A stretch of DNA of 62,291 bases, counting the filler, from Nemertoderma westbladi (Eukaryota; Animalia; Xenacoelomorpha): the NCBI GenBank assembly GCA_032718475.1. It is 4 parts of 4 records of this genome, joined end to end, with 100 filler letters (N's around TTAATTAATTAA, not from the genome) between each part and the next. Parts side by side here need not be neighbours in the genome. Positions count along the whole stretch, not along the records: positions 1 to 15,290 come from JAUCBJ010001321.1; positions 15,391 to 46,224 come from JAUCBJ010007415.1; 2 more parts are not named here. The stretch is one strand, 5' to 3'. A program made the translations under genes and the position numbers. Positions 11,001 through 22,845 of the stretch are shown here, in pieces. Under the pieces are notes generated by a model. That model was not told the DNA's origin. It made no database searches and saw nothing but the letters and a program-made list of their open reading frames with translations. Numbering within the stretch: the stretch's first letter is position 1; each line of letters begins with the position of its first letter.

Positions 11001-12765
11001 CTTATTTTTTGCAAAAAAAAATTTTATTTCATCTAGAGCAGATGTCTGTCCGTCAATAACAAGCATACTATCTGTCTAGAAAATTCCCTGTATGGGTTAT
11101 CGTGCTCGGTGACTTAATTTCTGATGTCATTAATCAAATTTGGCCTTGTCGGTTCTGATTGTATGCCTGTCAGTCTGTCTGTCAAAATATAACCGACAGT
11201 CTGACAGCCAAACGGACAATTTGGAAGTCATCAAATGTTAAAATTGACACTCAAAATGAATTCTGCGTCCAGCAACACCCCTATAGCTAAAAGTTTAGCT
11301 CAATGGTGTGCCTTTTTCTTATATTTGACACACAGATAGTCGGATAGTCAGAAAGACAAGACAGACAGACATACAGACAAACTAGATTTCATTAAAATTG
11401 AAAACTGACCTCAGAAATGAAATCAGCGACCAGGAAAACCCCCATAGCAATAATCTTAGCATGGTTTTATGCTTTCTTGTTGAGAGATATATATTGACAG
11501 ACATTCTCACATATTAGCAGACAAATTTTGCGCGGGAAGGTTCAAATTTTGAAGGCAATTATCTCGGATGGTATTTTTTCATTTCAACGAAATTTAAAAA
11601 GCTACTCCTCTGCCAATTTTAATATTTTTAATGAAATTTGGACAGAGTAACCACATGCCTGGTATTTTCAAAAGTTTTATTGGTCAGAATTTAAAAATTT
11701 TGATCCTAACTAATTTTATTGGCTTCGAAATGTGAAAAATTGTAATTTTTCTGAAAAAATAGGAAAATAATTAATTAAAATGACAATAAAATTGGAAATA
11801 ATCAATATCAAAAAATTTTGACCAATACTTTTATTCAACCATATATCCTAATTATAAATACGAAATAACTTGTTATATAACTAATGTTTTTACGAAGAGT
11901 AGTGTTTTTAGTAATAGTAATAATTTAATGCTACTTATTAGTACTAAATTATTATAAGTATATTACAAAAACAAATTTTTTTTAAACAACCTTCAGTTAT
12001 CGTTTGACCCATATACCAAAAATTGTTCAATTTGACAAAACCTTGCCCTGTTAGCATTGGTTTTCATTGACTGTGTCATTATAGCGCTAACCCCCCCCCC
12101 CCCCCCTCCCCTCTTAATTTCTGTATGTTTTATTCGAACTCGGTAGACAACAACGAAACATTATAGAAATTCAGAAGTAAGGAGACTAACCAGATTCTCA
12201 TATAATGAGATATTGAAAGAATACAACTTAAGTTTATGAAAGAAAAGGATGTGCAACTACGAGCGAGTCAGATCTCATATTTCGATAAAGGCAACAACAA
12301 CATACCGTTTGAGATAAAGGAATGCTACAGTACTTGGGTGAAACTCGCCTTTACCGTGGCTCGCTGGAGGAATGGGGTTACGTTTATATGTGGAGACATT
12401 TGCTGCTGATCCAGGTATCAGATGACACCAGTATGTTTTCTCGCCTATTATGATTAGTTTCAGCACTCACACTCACACTCACACAACAATCACACTCATG
12501 ACTTGTCAAATTAAATGCTGCGACAGCGGTCCTTGTCTCACAATCAAGTGGGAACATGACATAACCACCACATCCTATGCAGGTATGATGGTTATGTTGT
12601 GTCTCCACTTGGTGATAGTAGGACACGGACCGTTCTCGCAGCACATAATTTGGCAGGCTTGTGCTTACTACGTTTTGGTCACCACTGAATACACTTCTGT
12701 CGTCACAGCTCGGGTCATGTCAATCAAGTTGAAACTGCTTGGGAACACCGCATTGTTTTAGTTCT
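8062..12765 (+). other. Array of about 5 diverged, partly deleted copies of a highly base-paired sequence (candidate structured-RNA locus), interrupted by a MITE
   Basis: Homologous modules recur in the same order and strand, e.g. TTCTG..TTCATTC..AACAAC..AAATTCAGA at 8790, 10459 and 12118, and TGATGAGTC..AAAAA at 8497, 9631 and 10383. Long stems show compensatory changes between copies. Confidence 0.6.
10957..12113. mobile_element. Kolobok-like non-autonomous DNA transposon
   Basis: TTAA on both sides (10953-10956, 12114-12117). Ends are poly-G..TAGCGCTA and TAGCGCTA..poly-C. Related internal sequence occurs at 30575-31200 and 53397-53795. Confidence 0.7.
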
Positions 12766-13560
12766 AAGAGTAAAGAAGAAACATAAAAGTAAAGTTATCA
12801 TGTGAATCACAAGACACGACACCGGAGGCTCCAAAGTGCAACTGTCTAGAACTGGAATATATTCAGCATCAAAACAATACTAATAACACAATATTTAAGG
12901 TGGCGGAATAATTATATAGAGCTAAATGTTAAAAAGATTACTTTTTTTGCGGGTTATTTTATCGTTATTAATTAATAGTATTAATCGGAATACAGCATGT
13001 TAAATTAATGTTATGGAAACACCTAGACCCCCTTCATACAGTAGCTATTGTAGGAGGCACATCACCTTTTTTCAATACTATCAACTAAGAGCCAACGTAC
13101 TACCCATATATATACATTTATTTCAAAATTGTAACATTAATCAACGCCGTTAGTATTAACAGCGAGTTGTTATTTAGCACTTTACAACTTTAGAGGACAT
13201 TACAACATTTTATTGGCCTGTACAATTAGTATTGTATTGGTGTATTATTAATTTGTAATGTCCCATTGCCGTGACTTTACATCACGCCGTCATGGTTACC
13301 ACATAAACAATAGCTGGTATTTATTATTAAATGCCTGAAAGCCAGATAGGCCTCTACTGCATTACCTACCGGTAGGCGGGGTATAGCTTATACTATTGAC
13401 ATGGCTCCAAACGCCACCATAAATATAAGCTAACTTTTTTATAACTTAATTTATGTCATTTTTAAATTTATTTATACAACAACTAATTTAATTTGTGCAG
13501 TTTCTATCACTTATAATATATATACAATCATTTCGTAATGTTATAATTTTGGAATAAAAC

Positions 13561-13705
13561 TACATACATACTTTTTGTAAAGTACTTCATCGTGTTCTGA
13601 TCCTCATGGCTTTATTTCCACTCACTCACTACGTTCGTTCGTGTAACAAAGCACTCGGATCATCACACTGTAGAGTGCTACTTGCAACACAAGTATGTAT
13701 AAATA
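13561..13705. repeat. Palindromic MITE/Crypton-like short repeat
   Basis: TACATACT...AGTATGTA inverted arms around a central CACTCACTACGTTCGTTCGTG hairpin. A similarly built foldback lies at 23075-23168. Confidence 0.4.
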
Positions 13706-13903
13706 GTAATTACACACATTGTCCACGTCCCTAAGATATTATTCCTTCCCCGCAACACAACGCCTCCACAATTCGCCATCATCCACGTATCACCAATTAT
13801 TGTCATAGATCAAGATGAACACTATGTGTTATCTTATTACAGGGAATGGAGGTCAGCCAGCAGTCAGCCAGCACCCGCACACAAAAATATTAAGGGATAC
13901 AAT

Positions 13904-13945
13904 GCTACCTTTCTGACTATATAATAGTCCTTCATCGGGCCAAAT
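13904..13945 (-). ncRNA. Degenerate minimal (Penelope-type) hammerhead ribozyme motif
   Basis: Minus strand reads UGGC-CCGAUGA-AG-GACUAU-UAU-AUAGUC-A-GAAA-GG-UA-GC. This is a CUGAUGA/GAAA-like core with an intact stem II but substitutions in the core. Confidence 0.4.
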
Positions 13946-14335
13946 AGAATACAAATGTGAACTGAACTGGACGAAACACATATTATACCTGAGGGATTTA
14001 AATTTCCCTTCAATGTTATAATGCAATAGGAAAAAAAGGTTAAGGTATAGGAGAGATAAGTGATTAATACAACGCAAAATTTGGAAATAAATAATTAATT
14101 AAACAAAGAGATCGACATAATTATGCTATGCATAAACATTATGTAACGGTGGTAAATACTTTAATTTGGTGGTACGGTAAAGTAGATGTGAGGTGGTAAG
14201 GCAAAGTAGGTGTAACGGTAGTCCAGACAGGTAAAGTAGGTGCACGCGGGTAAATGTTAATACAATGCAAAGATGGTAACGAAGAAATGAAATGTTTTTC
14301 GTGCAGTTTATTCTATTTGGCCTGTTAAAGTGATG

Positions 14336-15115
14336 TGGGGCGAGCCTCGAAAGTAAGCGAGCTTAGCATGCGGGTACCACTATCTCAATCGGTGTGTCTG
14401 TCGATCTGTAGATTTGTGGTTCTGTAGATCCGTGTTTTTAAACGTTAAAATCTCGATAAAATCTAACCATACCTGGTACACAAGTTGTTTGGCAAAAGTT
14501 TATAAATTTCCCAAATAGAATTTGCGTGTGGCCTTCGAGAAGCTGAGATAAAAGCCGATAATTAGTTAGTTAAGTTGATTACGATAAATAACAGCATTTT
14601 CAACCGGCCTTTTTATGGTAATTAGTTATTTTCTAGTATAAGATTTAAATAATTATACTTAAAAATTATACAGCTGTATTCACCATACCCCATTCCATTA
14701 TAGTTTTTAATTAGTTGAAGTGATTTGCTTTAAGAAATGTGTTTTAATTGATCAAAACGTAATTAAATTATCAATATGCACAAGTCATTCTATACTTCCA
14801 GCTCCCTCATTCCTTGGCATACTTGCTATTGCCTAGCCTAGCTGGGAACCAGTCCAACCACCTCACCACTACTTGAGCAATGGGCAATTACATATATAGG
14901 ACATAGGCAGTAGTGTAAGGTGCCAGAATAATAAGCTATCTTGCTTATTGTTTATCTCGCAAAATGATTGGCTGAGTATTTAATCTTGATTCTTTGGAAC
15001 AATTAGCTAAATAATCTCGTTGAGGTGCTGACATGATAAATTAATATTTCAGTATCAACACTATCGGCATAAGGTAAGTTTTAATATTTCTTACAAATTG
15101 GGTCGCCTCCACGCC
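14336..15115 (+). mobile_element. Helentron-associated (HINE/DINE-1-like) element, diverged
   Basis: Starts TGTGGGGCGAG like the elements at 36218 and 47235, followed by a degenerate (CTGT)-like microsatellite. Ends TCGCCTCCAC, an imperfect inverted copy of the start. Confidence 0.4.
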
Positions 15116-15290
15116 TTAAATATATTTTTATATATTACTTGTAAAACTTCCTGTTAATAACTGCCTTTCATCAAACCCCTGTGCGCCTTTGGGTTGGGGT
15201 GGTGCAGATTAAGAGGAGGGTTGGGAACTTTCCCCTCTTCTTTGATTTATTGACGGTTTGGTTAAATTTCTTAAATACCGATTTTGTGAT

Positions 15291-15390
15291 NNNNNNNNNN
15301 NNNNNNNNNNNNNNNNNNNNNNNNNNNNNNNNNNTTAATTAATTAANNNNNNNNNNNNNNNNNNNNNNNNNNNNNNNNNNNNNNNNNNNN
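15291..15390. other. Scaffold gap with artificial TTAATTAATTAA linker
   Basis: 100-nt N run with a central palindromic six-frame stop linker, identical in all three gaps. Confidence 0.95.
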
Positions 15391-16290
15391 TTCATTGATA
15401 TATTTGTGCGGCAGTCCGTAATATAAGGAGTTGTTGTTATCTATAGTGCTGGTGATAAATGCGTGGATTAGCGTTTTGAGGTCATCTTTTGCTAAACACC
15501 GCAGTATTTTTTAGATAGATTTCTAATGTGGAAAAAAGCACTGCGAACAGTTAAGAATATTTGTTTACTAAATGTCATGAAAATGATCCATCGTAAACTC
15601 GATATTGCGAGCATCTGTGCTACAGCTAACCACATCGTTACCAATAAGTATAATGTGGGATTTCAAGTGATGGGGTATGTCGCGACTGCAGAAGAAGCAC
15701 TTCTGTCTTATCGGAGTTCATCTTGAGCATAAACGTGTTCATCCAATTCTGAATATCCTTTAGGCAATCCTCGGTCACCTGAACAGCTGCATCAATGTTT
15801 GCAGGTTCAAAACTGATGTATATTTGAGTATCATCAGCATACAGGTGATACGAAAGACCATGGAATAATGACTGCCAACACGCACTTGTGATCTACCAGA
15901 CAAATATGATTTGAACCAATCAAGTGCATTACCGGTGATCTCAATATCAGACTCAAGAATTTGCAAGAACTGCTGAACTAGAGTCGATGCTACTGAGGAC
16001 AGATTCACTGACTGACAGAAGTGCTGTTGCTGTGTCATGGTGGTGCCTGTATGCACTTTGCATCAGCTCATGAAGGTTATGTAGATTCATATAGTGAATT
16101 AGTTGGTTGGCGACAACCTTTTCTGTTAGTTTAGAAATGTAAAGCAAGACTGGCCTGAGTTTTTTAAGAATTTCTGGGTCTAGGTTTAACTTCTTAAGCA
16201 CCGGTGTTAACACAGCCTCCTCAAACAGCGACGGGACCATAGCCGCCGACAGTGACATATTAATAATACAAGTAATGATAATAGGCAGCA
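15391..16290 (-). pseudogene. L2/CR1-group non-LTR retrotransposon reverse transcriptase fragments
   Basis: Frameshifted pieces PVLKKLNLDPEILKKLRPV..SKLTEKVVANQL..MQSAYRHHHDTATALL, GNALDWFKSYLSGRSQ and a C-terminal LKTLIHAFITSTIDNNNSLYYGLP. Confidence 0.8.
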
Positions 16291-17150
16291 GAAGATATGT
16301 TTTTTGTTAGTTTGTGGGCTGTAAGACTCTAATGGTTTTTAATGAACATGCTGGTATTCGATCAATACTTATTCAAGGGTGAACACAAAACAGACAATTT
16401 GCTTTTTGCTTTTACATTTATGACTTGACATACGATCCCAGTGATGGAGAAGGATGAAGCTATCAATATATCCTCAGCTCCCTTCCTCCCTTAAATTGAT
16501 AAAGTAACATAAATTTATATGCACTACCTAAAATGTCTCCAATGTTCCGTATGTCACCACATTTTTTGTCTCAGACTTTCGTATCCCCACCCATATTGCA
16601 AATGAGCTCCGTATATGAAGACAAATTTATTTTTGTTTTTGCCATTTATGGCTCCCAATGTTTTTATTTTGGTCTCAGAGTTGTCTTGTACCGGTTTGTT
16701 GTATGGACCATCTTGTGCATCGGCAGTCTCTTTGGCAGGGTGTTGTAGAGGCAAAATTTTGTTGGTAAGTCAACAAATAATTATTCGCAATGAAGCTCTG
16801 CCATTCCAGCATGGCAAAAACAGACGCTAATGACCACAAGTGATTTGAAGAGTCTTTCTAATCAAATGTGCTTTTGTAGTCTGTTTTAAGAAATATCCTT
16901 GTATTGTTTTAATACCATTATTAATTATTTAGTGCATGGTAAATAATGTAGAATATTATTTTCACTATACTCGAGATATTTAATTTACCGAGCGTAGCGA
17001 AGTGTATTTATAGTGATAACATTCTATAGTGAAAATATGTTCCACGTTATTTAACATACAATACGTAGTTTTATTTTTAAATTGAATATTATTTTCACGA
17101 CGATATTAATTAATATGTTGGTTTCATTAATGAAAAGCAAGAAAGCAAGA

Positions 17151-19545
17151 TTAGGTACCCAACACCACTAGTACCCTCCCCTCCCCTACAAATTAATGTT
17201 CCTCAGTTACGATTGACTCTCTATTAGGTACCCAACACCACTAGTACCCTCCCCTCCTCTACAAATTAATGTTCCTCCATTAGGATTGACTCTCTATTAG
17301 GTACCCAACACCACTAGTACCCTCCCCTCCCCCACAAATTAATGTTCCTCAGTTAGGATTCACTCTCCCTTAGGTACCCAACACCACTAGTACCCTCCCC
17401 TCCCCCACAAATTAATGTTCCTCAGTTAGGATTCACTCTCCCTTAGGTACCCAACACCACTAGTACCCTCCCCTCCACCACAAATTAATGTTCCTCAGTT
17501 AGGCTTGACTCTCCATTAGGTACCCAACACCACTAGTACCCTCCCCACCCCCACAAATTAATGTTCCTCAATTAGGATTGACTCTCTATTAGGTACCCAA
17601 TACCACTAGTACCCTCCCCTCCCCCACAAATTAATGTTCCTCAGTTAGGTTTGACTCTCCATTAGGTACCCAACACTACTAGTACCCTCCCCTCCCCCAC
17701 AAATTAATGTTCCTCAGTTAGGATTAACTCTCCCTTAGGTACCCAACACCACTAGTACCCTCCCTAGTACCCTAGTAGCTCCTCAATAATGACAGGGTAT
17801 TGCCTGATAACTTTATAGAAGTAAAAGTGTCTGAGTCTGTACTCCCAGATATTCCCATTGGTGATATCTCCTTTGCAGAAGTGAAGGCTGCTGCAAAGAG
17901 CATTAAGACCAATCGTGCCAGTGGAGTAGATGGTGTCCCCCCTGAGGTCTTTAATATACCTGAGTGTTTAAAGCTCATCTATCCCATCATAGTAGACATG
18001 TACCGTACAACAAGAGTCCCACAAGAAATGAAAACAAATAAGTTGGTGCCAGTTCCCAAGAAGGGCAACCTAACACTCTATGGTTCTTTTCGGGGAATCT
18101 CATTGATCTCGATTGCTGCAAAGCTATATAATAGAATTCTATTAAATCGCATCAGGGATCCCATTGAGAGACTGCTCCGTGGAAATCAGAATGGGTTCCG
18201 TAAAGGTCGTGGGACCATGGAGCCCATTTTGGCACTTAGAAGGATAATTGAAGAGTTATCAAAAAAGAAAGACAGGCATCTGGCTGTTATCTTTGTTGAC
18301 TTCTTCAAGGCATTTGATTCAGTCTCTCGCTCACGTATGTTCAGCATACTTTCATTATATGGGATTCCTGATGAAATTATTGCAGCAATCAGATCAGTAT
18401 ACGATGGTTCGACAACATTTGTGTCTACTGTTGACGGTGACACAGAACCATTTGAAGTGTTATGGGGCGTCCTCCAGGGAGACACACTTGCACCATTCTT
18501 GTTCATAATTGTTGTTGACTATGTTCTACGCATGTCCTTAGATTATCATAATGATGATGGGGTGATGATAACTCCACCTACTGGCTCCAGAAGTCGAGGA
18601 AATCCTGCCAAGTACCTAACTGATCTAGACTTTGCTGATGACTTAGGAGTACTCTCAGAATCACTAGAGGGAGCCCAACGGCTCCTCAGCTCATTAGAAC
18701 ATGCTGCTTCTAGTGTTGGTCTTTTTATTAACTCCAGAAAGACCAAAATTTTGACAGTTAACTTTGAAAGTCCTCAGCAAGTCTCTGATCGGATGAGCAT
18801 AAGCTCAAAAGATGGTATGCTTGAGCATGTGGATGACTTCTGTTACCTGGGATCATGGATCCGGAAGTCAGGTGAGGACCTTCGAATACGTAAGGGAAAG
18901 GCATGGGCAGCCTTGAATAGGCTTTCCAGGATTTGGAAGTCACCGAGAATTAATCGGAAACTTAAGGTCCGGTTATTTAGAGCAGCAGTAGTTCCAGTAC
19001 TCCTCTATGGGAGTCCATGCTGGGCTCTAACTGCTGAGGACACCAAATCTCTGGACGGCACATTCACAAGAATGCTACGCCGGGTTCATTGTGTCAAGTT
19101 CAATGCACACATCTCCAACCAGACACTATATAACATTGGAGGTGTCTCATTGGTTCCCCCAAGCTTGACACTAGAACAAACTCGCCTCCGCTTTGCAGGA
19201 CATTGCTTTCGCCGTGAGGACCAGCCAGTGCATAATCTTGTACTTTGGCAGCCTCATGGAGTGAATAAGCATGGTGGACAGCCCATGACTTTCTTGAGAC
19301 GCATCTTAAAGGACACTGGCCTTGAAGATGTGGATGATCTACCAAATGTCATGGGTGATAGGGAGTTGTGGCGGTGCAATTTTGTTTATAAGCCGGCACA
19401 GCATTCTTAAAAATGCAGCTGCAATGCAGCATGCCGATCCTAGTAGTAGTACCCTCCCCTCCCCCACAAATTAATGTTCTTCGGTTAGGATTGACTCTCC
19501 ATTAGGTACACAACACCACTAGTACCCTACCCTCCCCCACAAATT
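17151..19545 (+). repeat. 73-bp minisatellite (about 8.4 copies at 17151-17764 and 1.4 copies at 19447-19545) split by an RTE insertion
   Basis: Unit TTAGGTACCCAACACCACTAGTACCCTCCCCTCCCCCACAAATTAATGTTCCTCAGTTAGGATTGACTCTCYM; starts at 17151, 17224, 17297 and so on. Confidence 0.92.
17777..19446 (+). mobile_element. 5'-truncated RTE-clade LINE with intact RT ORF (17800-19410) and (TAG)n tail
   Basis: 536-aa ORF with PVPKKG..FRGISL, QNGFRKGR, FVDFFKAFDSV, GVLQGDTLAP, LDFADD and RLRFAGHCFR. No endonuclease domain. Tail TAGTAG at 19441. TSD TAGTACCCTCCC at 17753-17764 and 19447-19458. Confidence 0.93.
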
Positions 19546-19747
19546 ACATTGTATGAATTCAATAGCTAAATTTGCAGTGAAAATAATGTAAAAGGTGTGA
19601 GAATAATGTAGTTGATTGTTTAACGCCTTTTCTATGGAAGGAGTTAAAATAAAGTTATATTTTAAAATAAACCTAAACTATTAGCTGAATCGCCAGAAAC
19701 TAATTATTCCAGAATAAAGCAATTAAGTCCAGATTAAATAACCGTAA

Positions 19748-19935
19748 GGCCGCGTTCACACTACCGAGTCAAAGTCAAAGTCAAAATGTAAAACATACCA
19801 CATTAAATTTAATTTTTCTAGAATGCCCTTATGTATTATATTAGCCCTATATAATGTATTATTATTTATTATTGCTAGCTAGCTATATTTATTTTCTTTT
19901 GACTTTGACTTTGACTCGGTAGTGTGATAGCGGCC
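19748..19935. mobile_element. PIF/Harbinger-like MITE
   Basis: TIR GGCCGCGTTCACACTACCGAGTCAAAGTCAAAG / CTTTGACTTTGACTCGGTAGTGTGATAGCGGCC with TAA on both sides. A second, perfect right TIR plus TAA ends at 21340. Confidence 0.75.
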
Positions 19936-21709
19936 TAAGAAGTTAATCAAATTATACTTAGCACAAGGTGTCCTAAACTGGATCAGTTCCGTACATGTAC
20001 ACCAAATCTGGATTTTCTTAATGTGTATTTTTTATGTGTTTTTTTTGGTTTTAATTAGTGTTCTAGAACATAGTTGGAACTTCACACAAAATTATGATAG
20101 CTATTAAATATATTTATGGTCGCTAGTATTTTATGAAAATATTGCAAAAAATAATTGTAAAATCAAATAATTGGTATTTTTATTTTCTCTAAACTAACAA
20201 AAATATGAATGTCTATTATTTACCTACTAAGAGCTAGCTCGAACGAACTCGGACAGTGGAAATGAGATTCTTCCAGGCTTCCCGATTCTCCATAGTTGTC
20301 GCAATTTCGACCACTAGTGACTAAAAATCACTAGCTACCATAAAAAACGGTCTCTAACGTTATCTAAAATTGATGTAGGAACACACTGGAAAGGCGAAAC
20401 TACCACACAATAAAATACAGACATTATTCTAGAACGTAATTTGTTATTTTAATTTTAAGAATAACTGACGTTCGAAAGTTGCATGATTGTGATTTTAAAT
20501 TGCTATTTATTTATTCTATTTAATAAATACACATACGGTAGTCTAGAATATTTTGTTTATCATGTCATATAAGTACTGCTATTATTACAGCATTGCACTG
20601 TTTCCCGGCTATTTATGAGATAAATAGAATATTTCATAATTATTGGCACTACTATAAGTTATGTGACAATAAGGGACAATTGTTGCATTTTTCATATAGT
20701 GCTTTTCTCATTCGAGCAGGTTAAAGAAAAAAATAATTATTTATTACTAGGAACAAAAAGTATAATTTTTTTTACTATTCTTGGGGCGTTTTATTCATCG
20801 AACATCAGCAAGGTTAATATGGGGTCGAGGGATTATTTAAAAAATGTGTTCTACGTTTTTTCTCGGCTAGAGTATATAGCACTCGGTATAGCACTACATT
20901 TTTTCAAACGTATATCATTGTTACTATGGCAACGTTGAACAGTTCTAGAACAATAGAAAAGCATTATATACTATTTTAAAATATAATGTTCTACAACATA
21001 TAGCTAGTTATTTTTTAATTTTAAAATAGCTAGTAAATTTAAAAATAATTATTTATTGCATGGTACATGATGTAGAACATTATTTTCACTATTTTTATTA
21101 TTTAGATATTTTAGAAAGAATTTGAGATATTTTATTTATAAAGCCTAGCGATGTTAATAAAGAATCGAGAGCATAGTGAAAATATGTTCCACGTTATTAA
21201 TATATCAGTTTCATTTAGTGCATCTGAAGTTATGTAATATAACATATTGGTAAACAGGAATTTTTGTTTAAATATTGCCTAAATATTGCGTAACTATATT
21301 TATTTTATTTTGACTTTGACTCGGTAGTGTGAACGCGGCCTAAGTTATTGATTAAAATATGCTGTTGTTCTTTGGTAGCTAGTATTTTTAATCTAGCTGG
21401 TGTTTTAAAAAAATGTTCTAACTATATTTAAGCTGTTTCTGACATATTTAATGTTCTAAAACATCCCGCTGCAAAAAAAAATATTATTTATGGTAGCTAG
21501 TGGGGAGGAGTACTATTTTTAGCTACTATTTTTTTTTAAATTGTAGCTAGTTGATTAAAAACAATATAGCTTGATTAAATAACAATTACAGTAGTCACTA
21601 ATAATGTACAACATTGATCAATGAGAACATTACAGAAAATCCAAAGTCAAAGACTCAAACAATGTATTATTAAAATGGGTGGAACTACAGTATAAGTACA
21701 AAAGTATGT

Positions 21710-21918
21710 AAAATGTAGCCACGGGCGGAACTATATGAACAAAATGTAGCCACGGGCGGAACTATATGAACAAAATGTAGCCACGGGCGGAACTATATGA
21801 ACAAAATGTAGCCACGGGCGGAACTATATGAACAAAATGTAGCCACGGGCGGAACTATATGAACAAAATGTAGCCACGGGCGGAACTATATGAACAAAAT
21901 GTAGCCACGGGCGGAACT
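21710..21918 (+). repeat. 31-bp tandem repeat, about 6.7 copies
   Basis: Unit AAAATGTAGCCACGGGCGGAACTATATGAAC, perfect copies. Confidence 0.95.
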
Positions 21919-22179
21919 CCAACCTAAAATAATGTTCTATTTAAAAATAAATGTTATTTTTAAATAAATTTCTGATTACATTTAAATTAATATTGATTAT
22001 AGAGTTTTTGTAAACTGATGTAAATTAGTTTATTAGAGGTTATTCTATACACTCCAAATTCACAGACGGAGTAAATGAAATAATTAAATATGTACATTAA
22101 AATATTACCGGTATGAGAAAAGAGCACGCAAAATGAAAAAAGCACGTTTTAAAATGTAGTTTTATGGGATGATAGATAA

Positions 22180-22845
22180 GGTGGCGATAGGCGGACATTG
22201 AGGACACGATAGGGCGTGGTAGCGATCGCTGGCTGAGTTTTAACAAAATTTACAGGTGCAGTCCGGACACGGGGTGTGGAAAGATGAATTGTTGCAGAGT
22301 TTATAGTGAACACCGTGAGATGTCGTTCTTGTTATGAGGTGCCTGTTTCTTTGGTTACTGCGAGTCCATGTTGTTGAAGTGAAGGCCGGTCCTAAATTGT
22401 AATTCTCAGTAATGAAATTTGCATTTCGATCCGATCTGAAGATGATGTATTGTTCTAGAATTTCAGCGCTGAAAATACCTGGTGATGTTAGAAGGATGTC
22501 GTTTGTGAAGGTTTCTTGATGAGTTAATTTTAAAGCTAGAGTTGAAGATGAAGACATATGGAATCCAAGGAGCCGTTTAAGAAAGGTAGATTTAATTTTA
22601 TCCAATTCTTTTAGTTGAGGTAGTGTAAGTTTCGATCCTATTTCCGAGAGGGCGTAATTTTCATTTTAAAAATTTTGATTCCCGTTTCCACGGAGACTAG
22701 ATGGAGATTTTTCAGGCAGCCAATGGCAGCGTAGGCTTTTTCTTTCTTTGGTTTTATGAGTTTCGTGAACGTCAAAGTAGGCTGGAGTACTACACCCAAA
22801 TACTTATATTTATCGCATATCTTTACCAGTTGGCCATCAAATTAG
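22180..22845 (-). pseudogene. 3' fragment of a non-LTR retrotransposon (RTEX-like) ORF2
   Basis: KYKYLGVVLQP followed by LDKIKSTFLKRLLG and a C-terminal CxxC..H...C knuckle (CKFC*NSASDRYHALSCP), with frameshifts and a stop. Confidence 0.6.

Noticed and set aside
8062-12765. rRNA pseudogene, group II intron or RdRp gene as the identity of the structured array
   Set aside because: No universal rRNA motifs, no domain V and no GDD or DxxxxD motifs were found. The LPWLAGGMG string near 12350 is not preserved in the paralog.
15335-15346. TTAATTAATTAA motif repeated three times in the window
   Set aside because: Always centred in a 100-nt N run, so it is an assembly linker, not biology.
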